DNA of 53,833 nucleotides from Rhizaria sp. SCN 62-66 (Eukaryota), in assembly GCA_001724265.1 (NCBI GenBank), contig MEDY01000196.1, positions 1 to 53,833 on the forward strand, in the 5' to 3' direction. How positions within the stretch are numbered: the stretch's first letter is position 1; each line of letters opens with the position of its first letter. Below, piece by piece: positions 11,237-21,854 of the stretch. Both the position numbers and the translations under genes were made by a program. The notes beneath the pieces are model-generated. The model was given only the letters and a program-made list of their open reading frames with translations, was not told the DNA's origin and ran no database searches.

Positions 11237-14200
11237 ATGTCCGGCCCTACGTCCGTGACGCTTGCCGTCGAGGCGCTTACGGCCAAGCTTGAGCGTCTGG
11301 CGCTCCTCGAGGACCAGATCCGCAAGCTCGAGCGCGGCGACTCGACTTCTATCTCCCTCGCTACCGTCGCGCCGCCCGCCGGCTCCCCCGCGACCAGCCT
11401 CGCCAAGGCGCAACAGTCGGCCTTCGAGGCCGCGCTCGACGCCGATGGCGACGGCCCCGACGGCTCCGACGCCTCTCTGTCCTCCGACCGCGCATCAAAG
11501 AACTCCGCCAACAGCGCGCCTCTGCTCGCGGCTGGCGGCAAGACGCTGTACCGGCCGATCTTCACCGAAGAGGACGCGCGCGCCAAGCTTAAGGACTTCT
11601 CGCTGGCCTTTGCGGACATGACGGCCGCGCTGGCGTACCAGCTGCTTGCCGCCTGCTGCAACCGCGCGCGCGACCGCCGCAGCTACGAGTCGACCAAGAT
11701 CACCCGCGCCGACCTGGACAAGCTCAAGATCGCCGTCCACTCGCAGAACCCCGAGGTGTCGGCCCCCGCCAAGCTGCGCCGCGCGGGCGTGCAGGACCAG
11801 CTGAAGCAGCTCACGGAGCAGCAGGCGCAGGCACAGCGCGCGTGGCAGGAGGCCGTGCGCGTGCTGCGGCTCGCCTACCGCGGCAAGGCGCCCGAGACCG
11901 ACGCAGAGTTCGACGCCCTCTCGCTCGCCATCGAGGCCTGGCACGACGTCAAGCTCACGGCCTTCCAGCAGCGCTCCGAGCAGTGCCGCGGGGGCGTTGC
12001 CGCCGCCGTGGCCGCGGTAGCCGCCACGACTGCTGCGCTCGCGACCAAGGACCAGCCGCCCGCTGGCTTTTCGCGCACGGCGCTGGCGCGCAACCGCATC
12101 GTGATCGCGCGCCGCGTCGTCATGACCGAGGCGCAGGCCAGCGCGGCGCGCGCTTTCGAGCCCCCCGCGTCGGCGCTCGACTCGCCCGCTGCGGCCGCCG
12201 CCGCCATCGCCGCCGCCGCGGCTGCCGCCGCGGCGGGTGCGGGCGCCGGCAGCGACGCCTCGGCCGGCGCGGGCGCCGGCGGCAGCTCCAGCGCCGCCGC
12301 GGACGCCGCGGGGCAGCCCACGTCGGCGGTGGCGTACTTGGGGTCGCCGCTGGTGGCGCCGCCGACGGTGTCGCAGCGGCGACTCGCGTCGTACGAGGCG
12401 CAGCGCAAGGCGGAGCTGCAGACGGCGCGCGACTTTCCCGTCGGCGCCTCGGTCCAGGCCATGGGCCGCGCGGGCTCCGTCTTCTTCACCGGCCGCCTTG
12501 CGCTGGGGCCCGCGCCGTGGGTGGGCATCAAGCTCACGGTGCCGCACGGCGACGCGGACCCGCAAGTGTTCGCGCACTGCGCGTCGCTGCCGGTGCGCGC
12601 CAGCGCCGACATCAAGCGCGCGCTGCGTTGCGCGCCCGAGCAGGCGCTCTTCGTGCCCGCCGTGCTCGTGCTGCCTTACAACGAGCGCGCGCTGCCCAAG
12701 CTGCGCCACAGCGAGCGCGCGCACGCCGCCGCGTTCAAGATCCAGCGCGCGTTCCGCGGGTACCTGAGCAGGCGCGCGCGCCGCGATGCCGTCGTAGTCG
12801 AGACGCACGCGCACGGTCCCTACGCCGCTGTTGACGCGCTCGCCGTCGCAGCTGCCGCGCTCATGGTCAAGCGCCCCGCCGCGGCCGACGAGGCCGGCGA
12901 CGACGCTAACGGCGACGCCAACGGCAACGGCAACGGTAACGGCAACGATGACGCTGGCTTTGGCGCCATGTCCGCACGCGGTGCCCCCCCGAGTACCAGC
13001 AGCAACAGCAGCGGCAGCGGCAGTGGCGCCGCGTCCGGCTCCGGCAAAGGCGCGGGGCTGCCGTGGGGCGCCGGTGAGCCGTCCATCTCGGCGCTGGCGC
13101 GGTATCTGACGTCGACGCCCGCGACGTCGACCCCGCTGGCTAAGGCGCGCGCGCTCTTCCGCTGGGTTACCGCGGCGATCGCGCAGTCGTGGGCCGCGGC
13201 GCCCGAGGCCGAGGCGGACCCGGCGGCCGTGCTGGCGGACCGCCAGGGCACGGCGCTGGGCATCGCGGCGCTCTACACGGCGCTGGCCGAGGCCGCCGGG
13301 CTCGACTGCATGGTTGTCCAGGGCGTCGGCAAGGGCTGCGGCGCGCTCGTGACGTCGCGCTTCACGCCGCCGCTGCCGCCCGCGGGCACGGCGCCCGCGG
13401 CCGCGGGAGGGATCGGCGCGGCGCCGCAATGCGGCATCATCCCCCTGCAGCCGCACCACCTGCTGGTCCCGCTGCCGCTCACTTCGGGCGGCTCCGCCAC
13501 CGCGTCCGCGGGCGCCCACGCCGCGCACGCCCACCACGGCGCCGCCACGCCGCTAGGCTCCCCGTCCGCGACGCCCGGGCCGGACTCAGACGGCGACGCC
13601 GGGAGCAGCGGCGCCGGCGGCGGCAGCGGCGCGAGCGGCGGCGTCTCGGGCGACGCGCCCGACGGCGTGACGCACTGCTGGAACGCGGTGCGCGTGGGCC
13701 CGGACCGGTATGCGCTCGTTGACTGCGCCTGGGGCGCGGGCTCCTGGCGCGGCTTCCGCTTCGCGCCGGCCTTCTCGCCCGCCTTCTTCGACGCTGAGCC
13801 CTCGGTGTTCGCGCTGGACCACTTCCCGCTGGCCGTCATGGGCGGCAAGCGCCTCTTCGCCGATCTGGGTCCCTTCGCCGCCGAGCCCTGGCGCGCGCAG
13901 TTTCCCCGCGCACCCGTCGCGCCCGCCGCGGGCCCTGCCGCTCGCGCCTCGCACGCGGGCGTCGCGCTCGACATGCTCACCGCCGACGGGCCCGGCGCCT
14001 TTGTCGCGCGCGGCGCTGCAGAGCACGCGCCCGCGCTGTTCCGCTTCGAATTCGAGAACGCCTTCCTGCCCTCGCGCGCCTTCGCCGAGCTGGGCGCGCG
14101 GCTGATCCACCCCGCGCCGTTGTCGTCGCCCGTGCCCGTGCCGCGCGCGACGGGCGGCGCGCTGCCGCTACAGGCCGCCACGCCGTCGACCTTCGCTGTG

Positions 14201-16240
14201 GAGCGGCCCTTCGCCGTATTCTCGCTCGCGCTGCCGCGCGGCGTCGCGCTCGAGCTCACCGTCGCGCCCGTGCTGCCCGCGCCCGCCATGCAGACGCTCT
14301 CAGTCAAGCGCTCCCGTGCCGCCGCCGTGCCCGCCGCGCGCAAGCGCGCCGCGCTGACCAACACGTGGTACGTGGCCTCGGAGGCGCTGCCGGGGCACCC
14401 CGAGCGGCAGCTCTCGACTGCGATCGTGGTTTTCCCGCACAAGGACCTCTACGCAGTCACGCTGCGCGCGCGCCAGATGCTGCTCGTGCCGGGCGCCGTG
14501 GGCGGCGGCGCCGCGCCGCAGCTTGAGCGCGTGTCCCGATCGCTGGCCACCTTCTACGTTGACGTCGCGGCGGGCGTGTATGACGTGCGCTCCAACACCG
14601 ACGTGCTGGCGGGCTTCTTCCGCCGCATCCCCACGCCGCACCTCGCCGCGCCGCTGGGCATCAAGCCCTCGCGCACCGCCGCGGCCGCCGCGGCCGCGGC
14701 TGCCGCCGCCGCCGCCCTCACGGCCGCGGCCGAGTCGGGCGCCGTGGGCTCCACTGTGGGCCCTTGGCGCGGCGCCGACAGTGGGTCAAACTTCGCGCAG
14801 AAGCCCGACGAAGAGTTTTTCAACTTCGCCGCCTTCTCAGGTGAGCCCGCCGCGCTCGCGCCAGCGGGTTTCTCTCACGGCCCCAGCGGCAGCCTCGGCG
14901 GCGGCATCTCGGGTTCCCCGCGCGCGGGCGCCGCGGCGCAGTCGGCGTTCGCGACTTCCGCGGAAGAGGCCGAGGCCGAGGCCGCTGACGGGCAGGGCTT
15001 CGCGCTGCTGGCGCCGCTGACGGGCTTCATCGAGGCCGCGCGGCCGTTGACGGTGAGCTTCCGTGCGCCCGCGGCCGTGGAGCGCGCCGTCATCTCAGCC
15101 GGCGCCGACTGGGTCGAGTGCACGCGCGCGCAGCTCGCCGGCGTCACCGGGGGACTAGCACTGCTCAACGACTCCGCCGCCACCGCGTCGACTGCGGCGG
15201 CGGGCCTCGGCGCCCCTGCGACGCCCGTTTCGTCGACGTACACGCCCGCCTTCAGTCTCGGCCGCCCCGGCGCCGGCCTCGGTGCAGGGAGCGCGGCGCA
15301 GCGGGGCGCGACGGTGACCGTGTTCGAAGGCACTCTCGCTGTGCGGTCCGTGGCGCCCGTCGTCGTCTCGGTCCAGCTCAAGGGCTCCCACGTGTTCCAC
15401 CCGATCTACTACCTGCAGACGACCACCGACGTCGCCGTGGTGCCGCTAGCGACCGACGCCGCGCAGCTCTCGGGCCCCGCCATCGCGGGCGCCGCCGTCG
15501 CCGTCGTCACGACCGTTCCCACTACCATGGGCGTCGCCGCCGCTGCGCTGTACGCTGCGGCCCCCGCGCCCGGCGACAAGGGCGGCGCCTTCTGCGGCTT
15601 CCTCCCGGCGCCCTCCTCGCTCGCGTCGCTCCCCCAGTCGCTGTCGCAGCAGAGCGGCGTGCCCGAGGACCCCTCCGGCGCGGAGGCCAAGACGCCCTCG
15701 CCGCCCACCGCGACTGGCGCCGCCGCGCTCGCCCCCGCGCTGCGCCCGCTGCCCGCGGCGGCGCTGGACCCCTCCGGCCGCGCCTACGCGCTCGGCCTGC
15801 GCCTGCTATCGTCAGCGACCACCGCGGACGCCACCGCTGTGACGCTTACGACGCGCCCCGGTGTGTTCGTGCACGCGCGCCTCATCGCCTCGCGCGCCGC
15901 GCCAGTGCCCGGCATGCCCGCCTCGCTGATGACACGCGCCGCCAGCGCCGCGCTCACTGCTGCGCAGGCCGCCGCCGTGCCCGTGCGCGCGCTGCGCCTG
16001 GAGCGCGACCTCGCCGCCGAGGCGCTGTCGTCCACCGCGGGCCTTACCGGCGGCGCCGGCGCCGGTGACGGGCTTGACGGCGCGACCGCGCGCGTCGGCG
16101 ACTGGGCGTGGCAGATCGTGGCCGAGCTGCCCGCTGCGGGCGCGTACACGCTGCAGATCCTGGCCAGCACCACGCCCGGCGGCGTCGCGCGCTTCGTCGC
16201 GAACTGCTACGTGCAGACGCCCTACGTGCAGCAGACGTGA
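11237..16240 (+). CDS. 1667-aa protein with a CAP-Gly-like domain, an IQ motif and a transglutaminase-like (KY/Hillarin/Cyk3-type) domain, probably catalytically inactive
   Basis: CAP-Gly-like FPVGASV..GSVFFTG..PWVGIKLTVPHGDAD..CAPEQALFVP (~12430-12670). IQ motif AAFKIQRAFRGYLSRR (~12728-12775). TGase-like KARALFRWV..QGTALGIAALYTALAEAAGLDCMVVQGVGKG..HCWNAV..LVDCAWGAG..DHFP (~13140-13830). Ends in TGA. The ATG follows CTAAC...CCGCAG, so an upstream exon is possible. Confidence 0.75.
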   Translation: MSGPTSVTLAVEALTAKLERLALLEDQIRKLERGDSTSISLATVAPPAGSPATSLAKAQQSAFEAALDADGDGPDGSDASLSSDRASKNSANSAPLLAAGGKTLYRPIFTEEDARAKLKDFSLAFADMTAALAYQLLAACCNRARDRRSYESTKITRADLDKLKIAVHSQNPEVSAPAKLRRAGVQDQLKQLTEQQAQAQRAWQEAVRVLRLAYRGKAPETDAEFDALSLAIEAWHDVKLTAFQQRSEQCRGGVAAAVAAVAATTAALATKDQPPAGFSRTALARNRIVIARRVVMTEAQASAARAFEPPASALDSPAAAAAAIAAAAAAAAAGAGAGSDASAGAGAGGSSSAAADAAGQPTSAVAYLGSPLVAPPTVSQRRLASYEAQRKAELQTARDFPVGASVQAMGRAGSVFFTGRLALGPAPWVGIKLTVPHGDADPQVFAHCASLPVRASADIKRALRCAPEQALFVPAVLVLPYNERALPKLRHSERAHAAAFKIQRAFRGYLSRRARRDAVVVETHAHGPYAAVDALAVAAAALMVKRPAAADEAGDDANGDANGNGNGNGNDDAGFGAMSARGAPPSTSSNSSGSGSGAASGSGKGAGLPWGAGEPSISALARYLTSTPATSTPLAKARALFRWVTAAIAQSWAAAPEAEADPAAVLADRQGTALGIAALYTALAEAAGLDCMVVQGVGKGCGALVTSRFTPPLPPAGTAPAAAGGIGAAPQCGIIPLQPHHLLVPLPLTSGGSATASAGAHAAHAHHGAATPLGSPSATPGPDSDGDAGSSGAGGGSGASGGVSGDAPDGVTHCWNAVRVGPDRYALVDCAWGAGSWRGFRFAPAFSPAFFDAEPSVFALDHFPLAVMGGKRLFADLGPFAAEPWRAQFPRAPVAPAAGPAARASHAGVALDMLTADGPGAFVARGAAEHAPALFRFEFENAFLPSRAFAELGARLIHPAPLSSPVPVPRATGGALPLQAATPSTFAVERPFAVFSLALPRGVALELTVAPVLPAPAMQTLSVKRSRAAAVPAARKRAALTNTWYVASEALPGHPERQLSTAIVVFPHKDLYAVTLRARQMLLVPGAVGGGAAPQLERVSRSLATFYVDVAAGVYDVRSNTDVLAGFFRRIPTPHLAAPLGIKPSRTAAAAAAAAAAAAALTAAAESGAVGSTVGPWRGADSGSNFAQKPDEEFFNFAAFSGEPAALAPAGFSHGPSGSLGGGISGSPRAGAAAQSAFATSAEEAEAEAADGQGFALLAPLTGFIEAARPLTVSFRAPAAVERAVISAGADWVECTRAQLAGVTGGLALLNDSAATASTAAAGLGAPATPVSSTYTPAFSLGRPGAGLGAGSAAQRGATVTVFEGTLAVRSVAPVVVSVQLKGSHVFHPIYYLQTTTDVAVVPLATDAAQLSGPAIAGAAVAVVTTVPTTMGVAAAALYAAAPAPGDKGGAFCGFLPAPSSLASLPQSLSQQSGVPEDPSGAEAKTPSPPTATGAAALAPALRPLPAAALDPSGRAYALGLRLLSSATTADATAVTLTTRPGVFVHARLIASRAAPVPGMPASLMTRAASAALTAAQAAAVPVRALRLERDLAAEALSSTAGLTGGAGAGDGLDGATARVGDWAWQIVAELPAAGAYTLQILASTTPGGVARFVANCYVQTPYVQQT

Positions 16241-16609
16241 ACAGCCGAGCCTAGTCAAGCCAAGCTGATTTGATTTGCTGTTCTTCAAGTCGTTCCAGAT
16301 ATACGTATTCATTCGTAGATATTATTCAATTTTTATATTCTATTTTGGGTTGCAGTCAGTTTTATACTAACAGCTTTGAGGCCATGTTGTGTGCACGTGG
16401 TCATTGTTACTTTAACTTGACTTATGACATGGCCATTTAGCACCAATACCAATCAAACAGACAAAATACAAGTTTCATATATTCCTACAAATAAACGTGT
16501 CTTTAAAACACAATCAGAACGACAGCCACAATCGAGTCACTTTGAGCACACGCACACACGATAACTCGATCACTTCAGCATTTCTTGTTCCTCAGTCTCA
16601 GCCGCAGTC

Positions 16610-18964
16610 TCAGTCGCTGTCGCCGGCCTCGCGCTCCGCCTCGGGGTGGCGGTACGGCGCGAGGTCGAGCGTGAGCAGCGCAGACGACTTGGCGGTGTCG
16701 TTGCGGTACACGCCCATGAGCGCGTCGGCCTCGCTGTACAGCGCGTCCTTGAGCGAGATGACGATGCACTGCAGCGGCGCCTCGGCCTCGGCTGCCGCCG
16801 CCGCGCTACGCCGCGCGCTGCCGCCGCCGGCCAGCGCGGCCGCGGCGGCGCCCAGCCCCGTGACGGCGCCCGACGCGCGCGCGCGCAGGTAGGCTGCGAC
16901 GCGCGAGACGTTGTACTGGTCGAGCGCGGCGTCGACCTCATCCAGCACGAAGAAGGGCGCCGCGCGGAACGAGTGGATCGCGAACAGCAGCGCCAGCGCC
17001 GCCATCGTCTTCTCGCCGCCCGAGAGCTGCGACACGTCGCGGAAGCGCTTCTGCGGTGGCGTCGCACTGTAGATGACGCCGCCCTTGTAGGGCTCGTCCG
17101 CGTTCTCGAGCGTAAGCTCCGCGCGGCCGCCGCCCAGAGGCTCGCCGGAGGGCCCGACGCCCGCGGAGAGGATCTTGTAGATCGGGTCGATCGTGGCCGA
17201 GATGGCCGCGAAGGCGTCCAGGAAGAGCTTCTTGCGCTCGGCCTTAATGGCCTCGTACTCCTCGGTCGCGCGCTTCTGCGCCTGCTGGCGCTCGGCGAAA
17301 AGTTGCGCAGTGGCGCGGACTTTGTCGGCCACGTCCGCCTCGTGCTCGCTCGCGCGCGCATTGGGCGACATCGCCTCGATCTCAGACCACAGCTGCTGCA
17401 GACGCGCCTGCGAGGGGTTGATTGTCACAAACAAGCAAAAGAATAATGGTGAAAACAAAGAGGTTGCCAGAGAGTTTGTGCATGCATTATCGCATTGATG
17501 TTTTAGAATTAAAACGATTTCCATTGAATCCACAAGCATATCGAGATATATCCGAGAGTTTTACGTGTTTTGCGCATGTTACTATATGACGTACCAGATA
17601 CTTGCCCTTGAGGTCTTCGACCTCGGCCTCGGTCTGGAGCCCCGAGATCGCGGACTCGACGGGCAGCGTCGCGTAGTCGATCAGCACGGTCTCGTGGGCG
17701 CCGCCGCGCGTGCCGGCCAGCGCCGAGCCCAGCTCCGTCTCGGGCTGCGACGACGACGGCGCGCCGCTGTCGCTGCTGCTCGAGGAGCCCAGTGCCTCGG
17801 AGAGCGAGAGCGGGAACGACTGCGACAACGACTGATCACTCTCACCCTCGCTCTCCTCTTCCTCGTCGTAGTCGTAATCGTCGTCAGAGCCGCCGGCGCC
17901 GGGGGCCATGCGCGCGCGCTTACTGGGAGAGCCGACGCCGCCGCCGCCGCGCTTGTGCCCCTTGCCCTTGCGGCCGCCCCCCGCCTTCTTACTAGGGGGG
18001 GGCCGCGCGAGGGGCAGCGCGATCTGCTCCATGACTGCCTTGCGCAGCAGCTCGCCGCGCTCGGCCACGGTCTTGGCCATGCGCAGCCCCGCGAGGAGAA
18101 TCTCCTTGCGCTCGCCGGCGACCGCGGCCTCGGCGGCCTCGAGCGCGCCGCGCGCGGCCTTGAAGGCGGCCAGCTCCTCGGCGACCGCGGCCTCGGCGCC
18201 GCGGAAGGCGCCCTCGAGCGCCTGAATCGCGGCCTCGTGCTCGGTGATGCTGATGTCGAGCTTGCTCAGCGCCTTAAGCGCCGCCGCCAGGTCCGCCTTG
18301 GCCGCGGCCGAGCGCTTCTGCAGCGACGCCTGCGGGCCCGCGTCTTCGGCCAGCCTGGACTGCTCGTACGCCAGCTGTGCCTCGAGCCGCGACACCTGCA
18401 CCTGGAACTTGCCCAGACGCTCGCGCCGCGCGGCCGCCGCGCCCAGCTTCTCCTCCTCCCACGCCTTGAGCGAGGCCGCGCGCTGAGCCTTGAGGAAGGG
18501 CGCGAACCGCTGCGTCTCGACCGCCGTCGCATCCTTCTCGGCGCGCGCAAGCTTCTCCTCCACGGCGGCCTGTGCAGCGCGCGCCGCGGCGGCCTCGGGG
18601 CGCTTGCGCGTGTTAAGCTCCGTCTCCAGGGTCGCGACGCGCTGCTCGTAGATGGCAATCTCGCCGGCCAGGCGCGCGGCCTCGTCCTGCGCGACCGACA
18701 GCTTGGTCTGCAGCGCAGACACACGGTGCTGCAGCCGCCCGCGCGCGTCGCCGGCCGCAGCGCCCGAGACCGAGGTAAGGCGCGCCAGCTCCTCCACCAG
18801 CGTCTGCGTCTCTTCGCGCAGCTTCGCCACGGCCGACTCCGTGAAGCGGTCGTTGCCGCCCGCGGCGCGCGCGCCGCCAGTCATGTTGCCGGAGCGGTGC
18901 AGGACGGACCCGTCCAGCGTCACCACCTTGAACCGCTGCTGGCCGCCCGCGCCCGCGCCCGCGC

Positions 18965-18996
<32 letters not shown>

Positions 18997-21230
18997 CCGC
19001 CGCCGCCGTTGCCGCCGTCGTTGGCCTTGGCTTCGGCGAGCGAGCGCCGGAGGCGCGCGGAGCCGCCGCCGAACTGGAAGCGGCGCGCCTCGTCCATGTC
19101 GCGCGCCACGAGCGCGTTGCCGCAGGCGTACATGACGGCTTTCTTGTCGACCTCGGCGAAGGTGATGACGTCGAAGACGAGCTTCATGGTCGGGTCCAGC
19201 AGCCGGCGGAAGTGGTCTGAGGGCGGCTGCACGCGCAGCGAGCTCAGCGGCAGGAACGTCGCAATGCCCGCGCGCTGTCGCTTGAGGTAGTCCATGCACT
19301 TGAAGGCCGTCGCGTCATCGGTCACCACGACTGCGTCCAGGTCGCGGCCCAACGCGACAGTCACTGCACGGTTGTACTCATCGGACACGGGCCGGATGAG
19401 GTCCGCGAGCCGGCCGCGGATTTGACCCGGGTACAGCGCGCGCAGCGTCGCCAGCGAGTCGGCCAGCCGCGCCGAGCGCGCAGACTGCGCCTGATCCACC
19501 ACTGCGTCGCCCATCGCCTCATTGTTGGCCTGGGGAGGGGGCGAGAAACAGAGACAGCAAAATGCATGGGATATGCGCGGTATAAAAGATGTAAGTAAGA
19601 AGAGACAACATAATTCCATCAAAAATCAACATGTAGATAATGGTAACAAAGTAACATTTCAATTTGCGAATATTTCCTCAAATGAAAGCAAGACCAGCTG
19701 TCTCGAACGCACCTGGATGAGCTTGAGTAGCTGCTCCTTGCGCAAGGCGCCCGCGGAGCCGGCCTCGACGAGCGCAGCCAGCTCGGTCTCGGCCTCGCGC
19801 AGCGCGGCGCGCGTCTCCTCAGCGGTGCGCTCCGCGGCCGCCTTGCGGGCCCGCGCCCCGTCGCGCCCGTCGCGCACCGAGCCAAGGTTGCGCTCGACGA
19901 CAGCGACAAGCGCGTCGGCCGCGGCGGCCTTGTCCCCCGCGGCCGCGAGCTGCCGCCGCATCGCGCCCAGCGCCTCGCGCAGCGTCGCCGTCTCCTCCTC
20001 CACGCGCGTCTTGATCGCGTGATACTCGGCCAGAGTCGCCGCCGACACGCCACCGCCGCGCGCCGCCTCGGCCTCGGCCTCGCGCTCGAACCGCTCTTGC
20101 GCGCCTCGCAGCGCGGCCAGCTCGTCCCGCAGCGTCTTAAGCGCGGCCTCACGCTCGCCGCGGTGCTGCGCGAGCGCGGCGAGCTTGGCCTCGCACTCGC
20201 GGACCGTCCGCTGGAGAAACCGCGCCTGTTCGCCCTGCCGCGCCGCGTCGGGCTGCGCGGCCGCGATCGCGTGGCGGTGCTCGTTGCGCCGGCGCTCGAG
20301 CTTGCCCAGCGCGCGGCGCGCCTCGGCCAGCGCGCGCTGCCGGCCCTCGAGCGCCACCGTCGCCTCGGCCGCGGTCCGCTCGGCGGTGGACTGGCGCGCG
20401 CGCAGCGCGGCGAGCTCCTCGCGCGCGCGCGCCTGCGCCCGGTCCACGTAAAAGAGCTGAACCAGGTAAAACTCGTGCTTGAGCTGCGCGTGCTCGTCGA
20501 GCTTGGCGCGGAAGAGGCGCTCCTCGGTCACCAGCTCCTTGACCTGGCGGTGCTCTTTGTTCATACTCTGCCGCTGGCGGAAGACGTGTACGAAGGCGTC
20601 CTCGGCGGCGCGCACGCGGGCCTCGGCGTCGTCGTAGTCGCGCGCGCGGTCGGCCGAGCCCGAGACAACCTCGAGGAACTGCGCGAGCTGCTGCGGCGTC
20701 TTTTGCGCAACCAGTGCGACCTCGTTCTGCGGGACCAGGAAGTTGGGGAATGACTGGCCGCCGCCGAGGGATGAGCGCACCACGATCCCCAGCGCGCACA
20801 GGCGCTGCTCGTAGGTCTTCTTCGGCACCGTCACGCCGTCGACGGAGTATGTCGTCTCGCCAGTTGTCGTCGTGGTGGCCGCATTGTCGTTGTTGCTGTC
20901 AGCGGAGGGGACGGAGGGACGGGTGACGAGTTTGATGCTGCGGCGGAAGGCGGACTTGGAGCCGTCGGCGGCCTCGAAAACCATCTCGACGTAGGCCGTC
21001 GTGTTAGGCGTGTCATCGTCGGGCCCATAGACGTTGATGAGCTCCTTGACCTGCTCGGCGCGGATCTTGCCGGCCGCGACGCCCAGCACGAACGTGATGG
21101 CGTCCATGACGTTGGACTTGCCCGAGCCGTTGGGTCCAACGACGGCGGAGAAGTGCTTGAACGGACCGATCGTGTGCTTGCCGCGGTATGACTTGAAGTT
21201 GTACAACTCCAGGTGGTGGATGCCGCGCAT
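16610..21230 (-). CDS. SMC1: Cohesin subunit SMC1, 3 exons (21230-19713, 19529-17595, 17407-16610), ~1416 aa
   Basis: LELYNFKSYRG, Walker A GPNGSGKSNVMDAITFVLG, NFLVPQ, hinge LYPGQIRGRLADLIRP..ATFLPL..KVVTLDG..RSGNMTGG, PPQKRFRDVSQLSGGEKTMAALALLFAIHS, Walker B FFVLDEVDAALD, CIVISLK. GT-AG splicing joins the three ORFs in frame. Ends in TGA. Confidence 0.95.
17408..17594 (-). other. SMC1 intron 2 (187 nt, phase 0)
   Basis: CTG|GTACGT...CCCCTCGCAG|GCG; AT-rich; splicing restores the frame (KYL|ARLQQ). Confidence 0.85.
19530..19712 (-). other. SMC1 intron 1 (183 nt, phase 0)
   Basis: CAG|GTGCGT...CCCCTCCCCAG|GCC; AT-rich; splicing restores the frame (LIQ|ANNEAM). Confidence 0.85.
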
Positions 21231-21367
21231 GGTGGCCGGGGAACTGAGCGGTGAGGGGAACTCACGACCAGGACTGCTTGGGGTGGCGCGCACTGAAGGC
21301 TGTTGCGAGGGGAGGGAAAGGCCTGCGAGGGACGCGCCCTAAGTGTACGGGGAGGAAGTAAACCCAA

Positions 21368-21640
21368 CCGTTAACGCCGTTTGAAAAAGCTATGAGTGGG
21401 GATAAGCCTGAGTGAAGCGCTGGGAGGCGGGGCAAGGGTGGTGAAGGAAGGTCGCACAGGGTCGGGAGGGATGAGAGTTGAGATATGCAATGCGGGAAAC
21501 ATATCGAGTATTGGGCAAAAATTAAATTACAAACAAAGGTGAAAGTAAGAATTATACCGATAAAAATACTTAATATTGATTTTTAGCGGAGTTTATGACG
21601 TCAAATCTCGAGGTTCTTCGAGCCCACTCAGGGCGCGAAA
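21368..21640 (-). promoter_or_regulatory. Putative cell-cycle promoter elements upstream of SMC1 (E2F-like x2, AACGG x2, CHR-like, CRE palindrome)
   Basis: TTTCCCGC (21499-21492) and TTTCGCGC (21640-21633) on the minus strand; AACGG at 21372-21368 and 21381-21377; TTTGAA at 21380-85 (+); TGACGTCA at 21596-21603. These are short motifs and function is only inferred. Confidence 0.3.
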
Positions 21641-21854
21641 GCAACAACAAAATGGCGCCACTCGAAGCCAGCCAGCAGAACATGTGGTGAGACGCGAGGG
21701 ACAAGTGTAAGAGGGCAGTACGTATCAAGGTTTATGTGTATGTGATAGACAGACAAATCAACAAAAGAAGACCACGTGTACAGCGCAGGACAACATGTCA
21801 ACCGCACCGCACGCGTATACGCCCACTTATTAGAAGGCACCAGGCCAGGTGCGC

